Positions 8,165 to 17,230 of a stretch of DNA of 64,000 bases are shown here, in pieces. The first letter of the stretch is position 1, and each line of letters starts with the position of its first letter. Position numbers and translations under genes: made by a program. A model generated the notes under the pieces. It saw only the letters and a program-made list of their open reading frames with translations, ran no database searches and had not been told where the DNA came from. The DNA comes from Nitrososphaerota archaeon (GTDB lineage Archaea; Thermoproteota; Nitrososphaeria; Nitrososphaerales; JACQRY01): NCBI GenBank assembly GCA_016184315.1, contig JACPCU010000014.1:64724-128723 (forward strand). Reading direction: 5' to 3'.

Positions 8165-8935
8165 GTGCCGAGAGTAAAGACAGGCATAGAAGAACTGGAT
8201 GAGATGTTGAAAGGTGGTTTCATGGAGGGCGACGCCGTCATACTAGCTGGAAGCGCGGGCACAGGCAAGACAACATTAGCACTTCAGTACCTTGTGAACG
8301 GCGTGAAGCTCGGTGAAGGAGGCGTCTACGTGACCTTCGAGCAGCTCCCTTCGCAGATTTATCGTGACGCGGAGAACTTCGGCTGGAACCTCCGCAAACT
8401 GGAGGAGGACAAAAAGTTTCGAATAGTATGCACCTCACCGGACTTACTGCTCAATGCCGACGGTGAGCATATTCTCGACGAAGTCATCAAGGAGATACAG
8501 CCAAGCAGGATCGTCGTCGACTCCCTGAGCCACCTCGCCATGTATGTCGACGAGAAGGAGATGAGGAAGGAAGCCTACCGCATCATCATGTACCTCAAGA
8601 CCAGAGGCCTTAGCTCAATGTTCATCTGGGAAACCCCCCAGATTGTCGGCCAAACCTTCTCGGTAACGGACCTTGGGATGAGCTTCCTTGTGGATGCAAT
8701 AGTCATGCTTAGACTCGTGGAGGTGGAATCATCCATGCGCAAAGCGTTGGCAATATTGAAGATGAGGGGCAGCGACCACGATAAACGACTAAGAGAGTTC
8801 GACATCACGCCTCAGGGAATAAGGGTGTCAACACCCTTCACAGGCTACGAAGGCGTCATGACTGGTTCACCGAGGAAGGTCGCTCGTCTTACAGCCAAGG
8901 ACCTTGCAAAGAAGGGTTTACTCAAAAAGAGGTAA
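8165..8935 (+). CDS. Single-domain KaiC-like (RecA-superfamily) ATPase
   Basis: It reads TGIEELDEMLKGGFMEGDAVILAGSAGTGKTTLALQYL (Walker A). The Walker B-like stretch is RIVVDSLSHL. The C-terminus reads ALAILKMRGSDHDKRLREFDI. Confidence 0.85.
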   Translation: MPRVKTGIEELDEMLKGGFMEGDAVILAGSAGTGKTTLALQYLVNGVKLGEGGVYVTFEQLPSQIYRDAENFGWNLRKLEEDKKFRIVCTSPDLLLNADGEHILDEVIKEIQPSRIVVDSLSHLAMYVDEKEMRKEAYRIIMYLKTRGLSSMFIWETPQIVGQTFSVTDLGMSFLVDAIVMLRLVEVESSMRKALAILKMRGSDHDKRLREFDITPQGIRVSTPFTGYEGVMTGSPRKVARLTAKDLAKKGLLKKR

Positions 8936-8940
8936 GCAGA

Positions 8941-9273
8941 TTGACGCATATAGTTGAGTTTGTTGAGCTGAATCTTCTGCTTACTGTCATAACGCTCGTT
9001 TTAGGTGTAATAGCTGGCTTACTTGCTGTTTTGGCTGGGAGAAGGTTTGCTGGCGACATAGGAAGAGGCTTCAATTTTCTGGTCTTGGGCGGAGGCGTGA
9101 TGGCCCTGAGTTTTTTGTTTGGATTAGATGATCACCTGCACACAGCAGGAGCTGAGACCTTGCTAGCTCATCCGGGATGGGTACATGGGTCAACCACCAT
9201 CCTTGCCCTTATCTTCTTCCTCATCGGTTTCCTGATCATCTACAAGGCGGCCTTGAGAGCTGCCAAAGAATAA
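8941..9273 (+). CDS. Small membrane protein (about 3 TM)
   Basis: A 110-aa hydrophobic ORF 5 nt after the KaiC-like gene. Confidence 0.5.
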   Translation: MTHIVEFVELNLLLTVITLVLGVIAGLLAVLAGRRFAGDIGRGFNFLVLGGGVMALSFLFGLDDHLHTAGAETLLAHPGWVHGSTTILALIFFLIGFLIIYKAALRAAKE

Positions 9274-9517
9274 GATGCATGATCCCCCACTTAGCTTTCA
9301 AGTTTCCGTGATAAACCTATAAGAACTGACAAGATCCAGAAGATGAAGTCAGATACGCCTAGATAGCATCTCAGCACAACTGCGTGTTCACTCCTCTAGA
9401 TAGTAAGTATCAGTTCACGTCTCGTCATTCTTTCTTTCATTCAGCGGATCCTCGATAATCCATGTAGCGCATATGGTATGACCGCTGTTCCAAATTGTTG
9501 CCTCACGCCGTACGTCT

Positions 9518-9865
9518 CTATCGGTTTTCCCGGCGGCGTGCGACTCTGATAAACGCTCTAAGGACAAAAATCACGATCGCAAGGTAAGATGCAGCGAAGA
9601 TGAGCTCAGCGCTCTCGTAGGCAAGCGTATGGCCGAACAGGAAATGGACTATCCCTGCCAACAAAAGAACTGCGAAACTCGCCTCATGGGCCAAAATGGA
9701 CTTGGGTAATTTCCCTGAAACAGCGGCACCAGAAACCCCCAGCAGCATCGCCCTAGACGGACTGTAAGTTCTGTACATAATAGAAATATACACGTAGACG
9801 GCAATTACTGCTGTGAGACAGATCGTCGTAAGAATGTTGCTAACAAGTGTAACCTGCAGGGTCAT
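9518..9865 (-). CDS. Small membrane protein
   Basis: 115 aa with 3-4 hydrophobic helices. It overlaps the upstream gene by 4 nt. Confidence 0.5.
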   Translation of the reverse strand: MTLQVTLVSNILTTICLTAVIAVYVYISIMYRTYSPSRAMLLGVSGAAVSGKLPKSILAHEASFAVLLLAGIVHFLFGHTLAYESAELIFAASYLAIVIFVLRAFIRVARRRENR

Positions 9866-10185
9866 TGCATAGGCCCCATCTTTTTCCTGAGAAGAAAAGC
9901 AACGGCCACGATGTTCCTCAGCAGCATCAAGGTTCCAGTTGTGAGGAGAAATGCCTCTGACAGACCTTCGTAGCTAAATGTAAGCTCAAGAACCTCATGG
10001 AGCCAAAACAAGATAAGGGCAGCAAAGGCGAATAGGTAAAGCAAGGCAGCCCACGCAAGGTTCATGAAAGATGCGACCATGACTCGCTGAGGAGACTTCC
10101 ACTCAGTACCCATAAGCAAAAGGGAGAGGAACAAAGCTACCAGAAAAGGAGAAACGAGGACTAGTTCATGCGAAGACATTTCCAA
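9862..10185 (-). CDS. Small membrane protein
   Basis: A 107-aa hydrophobic ORF, coupled to 9518..9865. Confidence 0.5.
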   Translation of the reverse strand: MEMSSHELVLVSPFLVALFLSLLLMGTEWKSPQRVMVASFMNLAWAALLYLFAFAALILFWLHEVLELTFSYEGLSEAFLLTTGTLMLLRNIVAVAFLLRKKMGPMQ

Positions 10186-10446
10186 CCTCCGTTGCAGAGA
10201 AGACTTCGCTATCCGTTACACCTACTCTACGCAAGAAAATTTCTCTTCACGCTAAGATCCGCGATGCACAGGACGCATCCTTATTGACTTATCGGAGAAC
10301 ATCGACCAAACATATCAACAAAAATCGACGCTGCCACAGAACCACTGTATCTTGATGCCATGATAGCAAGAGAACAGCCCTTGCAGTTCACCGGAATCAG
10401 CGCAAAAGAACATGTTAACCAATCGAAAAGAACCTTTCTGCACACC

Positions 10447-10956
10447 CTATCCGCGGCTTGTTCCCGCGAACACCACGCTGAATTCGCACACGCTGGCTCC
10501 TTCACATCGGCACTTGGTTTCCTTGGCCATGTTTTCGCCGAACAGTTCTTTCACAATGCCTGCGATTATTCCGGCAAAATCGTAGCACATAACGCCATTT
10601 GAATTCCTGATGTCCGCGCAGAACACGCAGTCCTCCACTGTAACCATCAACATCATGTCTGATCCCTGGGTCATGTCGATCTTTATTCTCCCCCAGCCTG
10701 CTTGATTAGCCAACTTCGTGAGGTACCCTATGGCTTCCAACGGGTCATCACCCACAGCCCTCTTAGCATGCCTACCGTGCACAACCCCGTAATCAATACC
10801 CGCCCTGTAGAGAATAGACGCGGCTCCAGTCGAATAGTCGCGGAAAAGAGATTGCTTTAGGCGCGCCCACGCACTACTCCCCATAAGGAAGACTCTGCCT
10901 ATGTCGCTGTCAATAACACCTTTCACGGGATCATGCTTGAACAATCCGCTGGTCAT
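10447..10956 (-). CDS. V4R (4-vinyl-reductase-like) domain protein
   Basis: 169 aa with ...AGWGRIKIDM...VEDCVFCADI...CYDFAGIIAGI...KCRCEGASVCEF. This is the canonical V4R Cys pattern. Confidence 0.75.
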   Translation of the reverse strand: MTSGLFKHDPVKGVIDSDIGRVFLMGSSAWARLKQSLFRDYSTGAASILYRAGIDYGVVHGRHAKRAVGDDPLEAIGYLTKLANQAGWGRIKIDMTQGSDMMLMVTVEDCVFCADIRNSNGVMCYDFAGIIAGIVKELFGENMAKETKCRCEGASVCEFSVVFAGTSRG

Positions 10957-11279
10957 GTCAAGCCTATCTTAACACACGCAAGCCGCAGTTATAAGCCGTA
11001 AGCCAGCGAGCCACCGTCGACCCCCAGTCTGAACGAAGACCATACTTCACGAGTTCACGCAGTCTTTCCTTTCAATACAATGAGCTGCTCGCGGATAAGA
11101 AGGACTAGCGCAATCATGAAAGTTACTGCAGCCATACTATCTTACTAGTGATTATCAGATTCGGGTAACTGGGAGATCGTTCTTTCTCAGTTCATGCGGG
11201 TCTCTTGTCACATTGGGACAACCGTTCCACATAGTGCCTTATTAGCCGGTTTAGCCTCTATGCCACGCTGAGAAGATAT

Positions 11280-11855
11280 ATGAGAACGCTTGAGTCCATA
11301 GGAGTGATATTTGTAACCGTTTTGGCGTTTTCTTTACTCATCCTGACATCTTACGCGGAGATCGAAGATACCCAGAGGCAAACGGAAAGCATCCAAGGCG
11401 TCGTACAAAACATTACGTCGAAAGGTCTTTACCTGAATACTGGTTCCGAGACTCTCCTCATTAGCTCAGGAGGCAGATGGTCATATGCAATTAGAGGGGA
11501 AACCAAGACATACAGCTGGGGTGAAATCGTTTCTGGAAGCTACATAAGGATAGGAGATATGGTCATGGTGTCAGCTCTCAAGGATTCTAAAGGAGGTGCG
11601 ACACCAAAGGCAACTAGAATAGAGGACCTGACCTCAGGGGCCTTGTTGGCTGAAGCCAAGGGCGGAGGAGAGGAGAAGGCGCCTAATGCAACCAATGATA
11701 TCGAGAAATTCCTCAAGTCTCAAGACACCAAGCTAAATGTTACGCTCGCCATAGTCGGAGGAACATCATTCGTTGTCGGGTTCGGCGCAAGAGATATCCT
11801 TGGAAGGAGAAAGCAGCGACAAACGCAAGAAACCATGAGGCATCCGAAGCAGTAA
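11280..11855 (+). CDS. Secreted or membrane-anchored protein, unknown function
   Basis: It has an N-terminal signal/anchor helix and a beta-rich middle. The C-terminus has a TM helix followed by a basic tail (RRKQRQ). Confidence 0.5.
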   Translation: MRTLESIGVIFVTVLAFSLLILTSYAEIEDTQRQTESIQGVVQNITSKGLYLNTGSETLLISSGGRWSYAIRGETKTYSWGEIVSGSYIRIGDMVMVSALKDSKGGATPKATRIEDLTSGALLAEAKGGGEEKAPNATNDIEKFLKSQDTKLNVTLAIVGGTSFVVGFGARDILGRRKQRQTQETMRHPKQ

Positions 11856-11879
11856 AACTAAAGGAGAAGGCAGATACAC

Positions 11880-12440
11880 ATGAAATTCAGAGAAAACTTC
11901 CAACGCTCATGGAAGACATACCCCTTTATCATAGTCGTTCTGACATCAGTGTTTGCTTCAATATCTTTTCTGTCAGGCTCCCAACAAGTTCTTGCAGACG
12001 CCTTCAAGGGTTTGAAAGGAGGTTCCGCTAACGGATTGCTCTTGACCTACACTGGCTCCATCTCCTTAGTAGCAGCCAAATTCTACACCGTTGTCAAAAG
12101 AGTCGGGACGCCTACCTATGCCAGGAGGATGGGAGGCGCCAAGCTCTGGCTCAGCCTCCACGTCGGACTAAGCTTCATAGGACTCGTTCTAGTATTGTTA
12201 CATGCGGGTCTGCCCTTTCAGTTCAAGTACGCAGCTCTGCTAAGCGGCGGGTTTGCAGGGTTGGCTACATGGTTGCTGATAGGTGTAAGTGTAAGTGGCG
12301 TGTTTGGTCGGTACCTATTCAAGAGGCTTCCCATGATGCAGAAAGAGTTCAGGTACTGGAGACAAGCTCACTTGGTGATCGTAGCCCTCCTATTCATGTT
12401 CGCAGTTGCCCATATGACAACGACGATAGGTGAAGATTGA
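11880..12440 (+). CDS. Polytopic membrane protein with conserved His pairs (possible b-haem-binding, DUF4405/ferric-reductase-like)
   Basis: It has 4-5 TM helices with His inside them (LSLHVGL...LLHAGL; QAHLVIV...AVAHM). The functional guess is weak. Confidence 0.4.
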   Translation: MKFRENFQRSWKTYPFIIVVLTSVFASISFLSGSQQVLADAFKGLKGGSANGLLLTYTGSISLVAAKFYTVVKRVGTPTYARRMGGAKLWLSLHVGLSFIGLVLVLLHAGLPFQFKYAALLSGGFAGLATWLLIGVSVSGVFGRYLFKRLPMMQKEFRYWRQAHLVIVALLFMFAVAHMTTTIGED

Positions 12441-12744
12441 GCTAACCATCAGGATGCAGTAGCCATGTTTTGACACACCAAAAGCAAGGAGACGTTTGAA
12501 TAACAATTACATCCCTACGTAGATAACTCAAGGATTGGGGCAAAAATTCATTCGGAACACCTGTCGGAGCAAATAATTTTGCGGGCTTGGTGGTTTCCGC
12601 CCAAAAGATTAGGCAGATGCCCTTCCTGCTCATTGTTCTGTGCGAGTTCCGGTTTTAGGGATGCGGCGAGCCTATGTAATGCTGTCATACATAGCATACC
12701 TAACTCTCTTTCCATATCTTGAATGCTCAGACAATGCAGCCCAG

Positions 12745-13254
12745 CTACAGTGGAGACCATCGATTCAGGTCAGCAACCCTATCAAAATCGCTGTCAGCAG
12801 ACACCAAATCATTGCAGTCCAAAGTCTTCATTACCGACAAATGAATAGCGTCTCTCGGAAGCATAGAATACCTTTGCATGGACTCTATCGCTTCCTCCAC
12901 ATGGTGTCTTTCAACCGGCAGAACAGTTAGGGCTTCAATCCCAAGTACAATGTCCACCGCTCTGCGAATCTCTGGTGCGTGGACGCCTATTTCCTTCGGA
13001 GTCTTCTGCAAAACAGTCAAAGGATTCTTCTTATGTTTCTCCTCAATTTTCTTTAGAAGGATCTTGTAGATGAGTTCATCTAGCACAAGTGTAGAAGTGT
13101 AGCCACCAATATCCTTCCTTTCGATCCTCTCAAGGAGAAGGATACAAGCTTTTTGTAGGCTGCTAGGCCCTCTCAGATAGAAGTGGAAGATATTCGCGTC
13201 TACGAAAACGGACTTCCCTTTGGGTATGTCAGCCAGCGGCTTAACCATGTTCAT
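12745..13254 (-). CDS. vapC: PIN-domain toxin (larger VapC-like)
   Basis: 169 aa with SVFVDANIFHFYL near the N-terminus and DAIHLSVM...LVSADSDFDRV near the C-terminus. Confidence 0.7.
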   Translation of the reverse strand: MNMVKPLADIPKGKSVFVDANIFHFYLRGPSSLQKACILLLERIERKDIGGYTSTLVLDELIYKILLKKIEEKHKKNPLTVLQKTPKEIGVHAPEIRRAVDIVLGIEALTVLPVERHHVEEAIESMQRYSMLPRDAIHLSVMKTLDCNDLVSADSDFDRVADLNRWSPL

Positions 13255-13532
13255 CTAGGATACTTCTTTGAATAATGCTGAAATATCAGCTCAGGATCCA
13301 TTATCGCCAACTTAACCTCATCAGTATCCGCCTGTCCAAGAGCACCCGCGTCATCCTTCACCCTAGTTCGTCTAACAGGCCTAATGACAGCACGATCCTC
13401 CTCAGCGGCTATCACTATTTCTGCTCCTTCATCTAAACCCCATCGTTTCCTTAGCCGCTGGGGAAGCGTGATTTGCCCTTTTTTTCTTACTCTAACCCTC
13501 GTTGTCTGCACATTGTTCCTAAATCCAACCAA
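13251..13532 (-). CDS. vapB: AbrB/SpoVT-family antitoxin
   Basis: 93 aa with RVRKKGQITLPQRLRKRWGLDEGAEIVI. It overlaps the PIN gene by 4 nt. Confidence 0.75.
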   Translation of the reverse strand: MVGFRNNVQTTRVRVRKKGQITLPQRLRKRWGLDEGAEIVIAAEEDRAVIRPVRRTRVKDDAGALGQADTDEVKLAIMDPELIFQHYSKKYPR

Positions 13533-13908
13533 ACTTAAAAAGTCTTACCAAAAAGATATTTTCCAACCAAATAACAGTGTTCTTGCCTTTTCGTCCCGAT
13601 GGAGCGATAGTTCCCATGGAGAACTGAGGAGGATTGGGCGGGCCCGGTGGGTTCAAGTCTCTTAGGGTTCGCTACAACGGTCATTATGGATGGTTCACAT
13701 CAGGATTATGTCCCAATAATCACTAGGTTGTTTCGTTGCCCATTTAGATATGGGCTGGGGGACGGTTAAGGAGGTTTTCACGGTAGGTTGTCATTCGGAA
13801 GGTAAACAGTTCATATCAGCTCGGCGCTCAAATGACCTTATCCACGAGCCGTTCGCCGCCAACCATGACAGCAGCGAACTTATGAGGATGATATGACGCT
13901 ACCGGCAC

Positions 13909-14460
13909 ATGGCAAGGCGACTGGGAAAGTCTGGCCCGTCGAAACATACATGGAGAATCATTGGTCTGGGCGCAGAGGGACCATTATCGGATCTGCAGGA
14001 AAAACTTACGCTCTTCGGCCAGTTCGTCGGCGATTGGGATATCGTAGAATCTCGCTATCCACGACCCGACGGAACAGAGGTCAAGCGGAGGGGAGAACTC
14101 CACTTCGGATGGATTTTGGGAGGAAGGGCGATACAGGACGTCTGGATGATGCAAGACAAGGACACTCACGTAGCCTTACCAGTGGGAACAACTGTTCGAT
14201 TCTACGATCCAAGGATTGATGCTTGGCAGAGTATCTGGATTTCTCCTGTTCAGGGCGTTGTGCAGACCTTTGTGGCGCGAAAGGTCGGAGACGAAATAGT
14301 GCTCGAAGGCAAGACCAAAGAAGGATACCCTGAAAAATGGATCTTTTCCCAAATCACGCCAAACTCATTCAGATGGCATGCCGAAGAAACGCATGACAAC
14401 GGCAAGACTTGGATGCTTACTGAGGAAATGCAGATTCAGAGGCGGCGCACAGAAACCTAG
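13909..14460 (+). CDS. Hypothetical beta-rich protein (possibly DUF1579-like)
   Basis: 183-aa ORF with FGQFVGDWDI...GWILGGRAIQDVW...FRWHAEETHDNGKTW. The family assignment is from memory only. Confidence 0.4.
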   Translation: MARRLGKSGPSKHTWRIIGLGAEGPLSDLQEKLTLFGQFVGDWDIVESRYPRPDGTEVKRRGELHFGWILGGRAIQDVWMMQDKDTHVALPVGTTVRFYDPRIDAWQSIWISPVQGVVQTFVARKVGDEIVLEGKTKEGYPEKWIFSQITPNSFRWHAEETHDNGKTWMLTEEMQIQRRRTET

Positions 14461-14752
14461 CGGACGCATCGTGCCAGCGTCGAGAAATCCGCGAACATGC
14501 CCTCCGGTGCACGCTCCGTCTACGGACTTGACTTATTCCGCACCCTCCAAAGCACTCCGCTGTTTCCTTTTTGCGCATTCCAATGAAGAAAACGACGGGA
14601 GCAGAGAAAGCTGAGGCGTACATCTAGCCTCTCTTTGAGCTACCTCCCGTTGACCTTATAGAGGCGGTAAGAGCGAGGACTGAAACGTGCACACTAGAGA
14701 GATTGCGGAAGAAAATCAAATTTTGAGCCCACTTACAAGCATGTTCTTGTAG

Positions 14753-14798
14753 CTGGCCAGGTGGGATTCGAACCCATGACCCTAACTCTTAAGGCTAG
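14753..14798 (-). other. tRNA-like 3' fragment (anticodon arm to acceptor 3' strand); no matching 5' half
   Basis: The minus strand reads CTAGC-CTTAAGA-GTTAG (5-bp stem, 7-nt loop with U33 and anticodon UAA). Then come GGTC and ATGGG-TTCGAAT-CCCAC (a T arm with one mismatch), then CTGGCCA-G. No D arm or complementary 5' acceptor strand lies upstream, and there is no long variable arm as a real tRNA-Leu would have. Confidence 0.4.
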
Positions 14799-14869
14799 TG
14801 TCCCAATCAATTCTCCGATGCGGGGCGAAAGTCAAGCCGCCGTCATGCAAGACTGATTTCCTGAATTAA

Positions 14870-14901
14870 TTCATTCATCTATTCATTCTTTCATTCATTT
14901 T
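14870..14901. repeat. Short TTCATTC repeat cluster
   Basis: TTCATTC occurs at 14870, 14882 and 14890 within an AT-rich stretch between the tRNA-like fragment and the 14964 ORF. Confidence 0.5.
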
Positions 14902-14963
14902 CACGGCCTATATTAGGTAAACAGCATCCATCCTCCACACCAGCATTACAAGAGGTTGATGAG

Positions 14964-15344
14964 TTGAACAACCGTGGAATAGAAGAAAAGATCAGTGACG
15001 CAGTCGCCCAGCTCAATCAGGGCGACTATGTTACTGCCACTTGGATAGACGCCTCCCAGACCAGACCGATCAGGTTGCAGGGGAAACCACTGCCAAACCA
15101 CACCGTTGAAACCAGAAAGACCACCTCAGGCAGATTCATTACGCTGCAACGAGGAGACACATGGCACGACCCGCACCTCGTACTGGGAATAGAGAAGACC
15201 GACGACCAATGGGAGATCATAAGCATACCCCTCTCCCTAGTAAAACAGCTTTCATCAGCCGAAGCCAAGGAACCCCTGAAAGGAACCCCCAGATCCGCGA
15301 AGAGACGCTTCGCAGACGGCAGCGTGAAAAACTATGGTGACTGA
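14964..15344 (+). CDS. Hypothetical protein (126 aa)
   Basis: An ORF with strong A/C-ending codon bias shared with the downstream genes. No family was recognised. Confidence 0.45.
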   Translation: MNNRGIEEKISDAVAQLNQGDYVTATWIDASQTRPIRLQGKPLPNHTVETRKTTSGRFITLQRGDTWHDPHLVLGIEKTDDQWEIISIPLSLVKQLSSAEAKEPLKGTPRSAKRRFADGSVKNYGD

Positions 15345-15561
15345 AGACACCGTCCACACCAAAGAGAAAGACGACAAACTCGAAATCAAAGACGCCCACC
15401 TACGAGTAACGGAAAGAGACTACCGCGCTCTAATAGCAACACTACTAGTAACAGGACTACTAATACTCCTACTCAAAGGAGACCACCAAGCAGCAAGCAC
15501 CATCGGCCCACTCGCAGGCTCAGCCATAGGCTGGTATTTCACCGGAGGACGACAGCGATGA
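15334..15561 (+). CDS. Small two-TM membrane protein (holin-like topology)
   Basis: 75 aa with a charged N-terminus, then ALIATLLVTGLLILLL and GPLAGSAIGWYF. It overlaps both neighbours. Confidence 0.4.
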   Translation: MVTEDTVHTKEKDDKLEIKDAHLRVTERDYRALIATLLVTGLLILLLKGDHQAASTIGPLAGSAIGWYFTGGRQR

Positions 15562-15722
15562 GCAACCGCCCCGACCAACCAAAGACGACCCCGAATGAAA
15601 AATGGGGAGGAGCAAGAACAGGCGGATTCAGATTCACCCACAGACAAGGAACCCACGACGACCTCGCCTACGCCCTAGCACTAGCATGCCGGGCAGCCAA
15701 AACCCCGACAGAGGAGAAATAG
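15558..15722 (+). CDS. 54-aa ORF ending in a RuvC/terminase-nuclease-like motif (possible gene stump)
   Basis: The ATG overlaps the upstream stop (ATGA). The sequence ...GTHDDLAYALALAC... resembles the last catalytic-Asp motif of RuvC-fold nucleases and large terminases. It is too short to be a complete enzyme. Confidence 0.3.
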   Translation: MSNRPDQPKTTPNEKWGGARTGGFRFTHRQGTHDDLAYALALACRAAKTPTEEK

Positions 15723-15729
15723 TCACAAT

Positions 15730-17205
15730 ATGAAGATCATCCTACACCCACCACAAAAGACACCCAAAAAAGAATTCAAAGTCAACAAAACCTTCAACAC
15801 CAAATCAGCAACCACCAAACGAACCATAGACATCTCCGAAGCCTTCGGCATCGGCATAGACGAACAAAAAACCTTCACAGTCTACAAAAACTTCACCGCA
15901 GACATAAACCCAGGAGACATCACATACATCACAGGAGACTCAGGCAGCGGCAAAAGCCTCCTCCTCAAAGAACTCTCAACAGCCATCCAAAACCTACAAG
16001 AATTCAGAGGCATAGCCCCCACCACCGAACCCGACCCCAACGAAATACTCATCGAAGGCGTAGGCAAAGACACCGGCGAAGCCATCTTAACCCTCAGCAA
16101 AACCGGGCTAAACGAAGCCTTCCTCATGCTCCGCAGATACAGAGACCTCAGCGACGGCCAAAAATACCGTTACCGCATCGCCAAAGCCATAGACTCAGGA
16201 AAAGGAACATGGATATTCGACGAATTCTGCTCAGTTCTAGACAGAACAACAGCCAAAGTCGTAGCCTACACAATTCAAAAAGCAGCCCGAAAACACAACA
16301 AAACACTGATCGTCGCAACAACACACACAGACCTCTTCGACGAACTCGACCCATCAGTATACATCTACAAACAGTTCGGAAACAACGCGAAAATAGACTA
16401 CAGGCAAAACAACCAACTCGGCAAACACAGCTTCAGCCTACTCAACGAAGCCACAATCCGCGAAGGAACCAAAGAAGAATTCCAACACCTAGAATCCTTC
16501 CACTACCGCGGAGGACTACCAGCCTTCACAAAAAAGATCTACGTAGCCGAGCTAAGAGGAGAAATCATCGGAGGCATCATCTACTCCTCACCCCACCTCG
16601 CCCTCACAGGAAGACACCTCGCACTACCCGAATACAAAATACGGCCAATGAAGGAGCGACTCAAAAAACTCAACACCGATTTCCTCCGGATAAGCAGAGT
16701 AGTCATCCTACCCAAGTTCAGAAGTATAGGCCTAGGAGTCATGCTCGTCAAGGAAACGGTGAAGAAGGTACACGTCCCCTACGTGGAGACTCTGGCAGTA
16801 ATGGCGAAATATAACCCCTTCTTCGAGAAAGCAGGATTCCGCAAAATCTATGATCCGCTGCAGGAACAAAGCACTCTGGTCAGACTGCTCAAAAAGCTTG
16901 GGCAATTGGGCTTGAACACCGATCTGATACGCAGCAAGAACGCCAACCTACAATATCTTAACCGCCTAAACCAGAAAGACCTCCAAGCAATTCTGGACAC
17001 ACTCATCGCCCATAACGCCAACGCAAAGCGTCTAAGCCGCGCCATAACACTCATCGAAAAAGCCAAGAAAGGGGACAGAGAAGCCTTGGCAGACGCTCTA
17101 ACCAGACTTCCGTTGCCGGCCGTCTACCTGATCTGGAAGAACCCCGCCCACCAGCTCAAAGAACACCACGATCCACATGCTTCAGGCTCCCAAGCAGCAA
17201 CCTAA
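15730..17205 (+). CDS. ABC-type ATPase fused to a GNAT acetyltransferase domain (COG2401-like architecture)
   Basis: The ABC motifs are Walker A GDSGSGKS (aa 69-76), signature LSDGQKYR, Walker B TWIFDEF and H-loop ATTH. The GNAT motif A is RISRVVILPKFRSIGLGVMLVKE. A helical C-terminal region follows. Confidence 0.75.
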   Translation: MKIILHPPQKTPKKEFKVNKTFNTKSATTKRTIDISEAFGIGIDEQKTFTVYKNFTADINPGDITYITGDSGSGKSLLLKELSTAIQNLQEFRGIAPTTEPDPNEILIEGVGKDTGEAILTLSKTGLNEAFLMLRRYRDLSDGQKYRYRIAKAIDSGKGTWIFDEFCSVLDRTTAKVVAYTIQKAARKHNKTLIVATTHTDLFDELDPSVYIYKQFGNNAKIDYRQNNQLGKHSFSLLNEATIREGTKEEFQHLESFHYRGGLPAFTKKIYVAELRGEIIGGIIYSSPHLALTGRHLALPEYKIRPMKERLKKLNTDFLRISRVVILPKFRSIGLGVMLVKETVKKVHVPYVETLAVMAKYNPFFEKAGFRKIYDPLQEQSTLVRLLKKLGQLGLNTDLIRSKNANLQYLNRLNQKDLQAILDTLIAHNANAKRLSRAITLIEKAKKGDREALADALTRLPLPAVYLIWKNPAHQLKEHHDPHASGSQAAT

Positions 17206-17230
17206 CCTACCGTACGTATCACTGATGCCT

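Noticed and set aside
10281-10505. 74-aa Cys-rich minus-strand ORF between the V4R gene and the membrane-protein pair.
   Set aside because: It overlaps the V4R gene's 3' end out of frame. It has no recognisable motif, and its composition is consistent with chance.
13630-13690. GGTGGGTTCAAGTC, a T-loop-like string suggesting a tRNA.
   Set aside because: The flanks do not form a T stem (GTGGG versus CTCTT) or any cloverleaf.
16209-16814. 201-aa ORF rich in R/P/T/Q (MDIRRILLSSRQNNSQSRSLHNSKSSPKTQQNTDRRNNTH...).
   Set aside because: It is an alternative frame of the well-supported ABC-GNAT gene. Its low-complexity sequence is what an A/C-only DNA tract yields when read out of frame.
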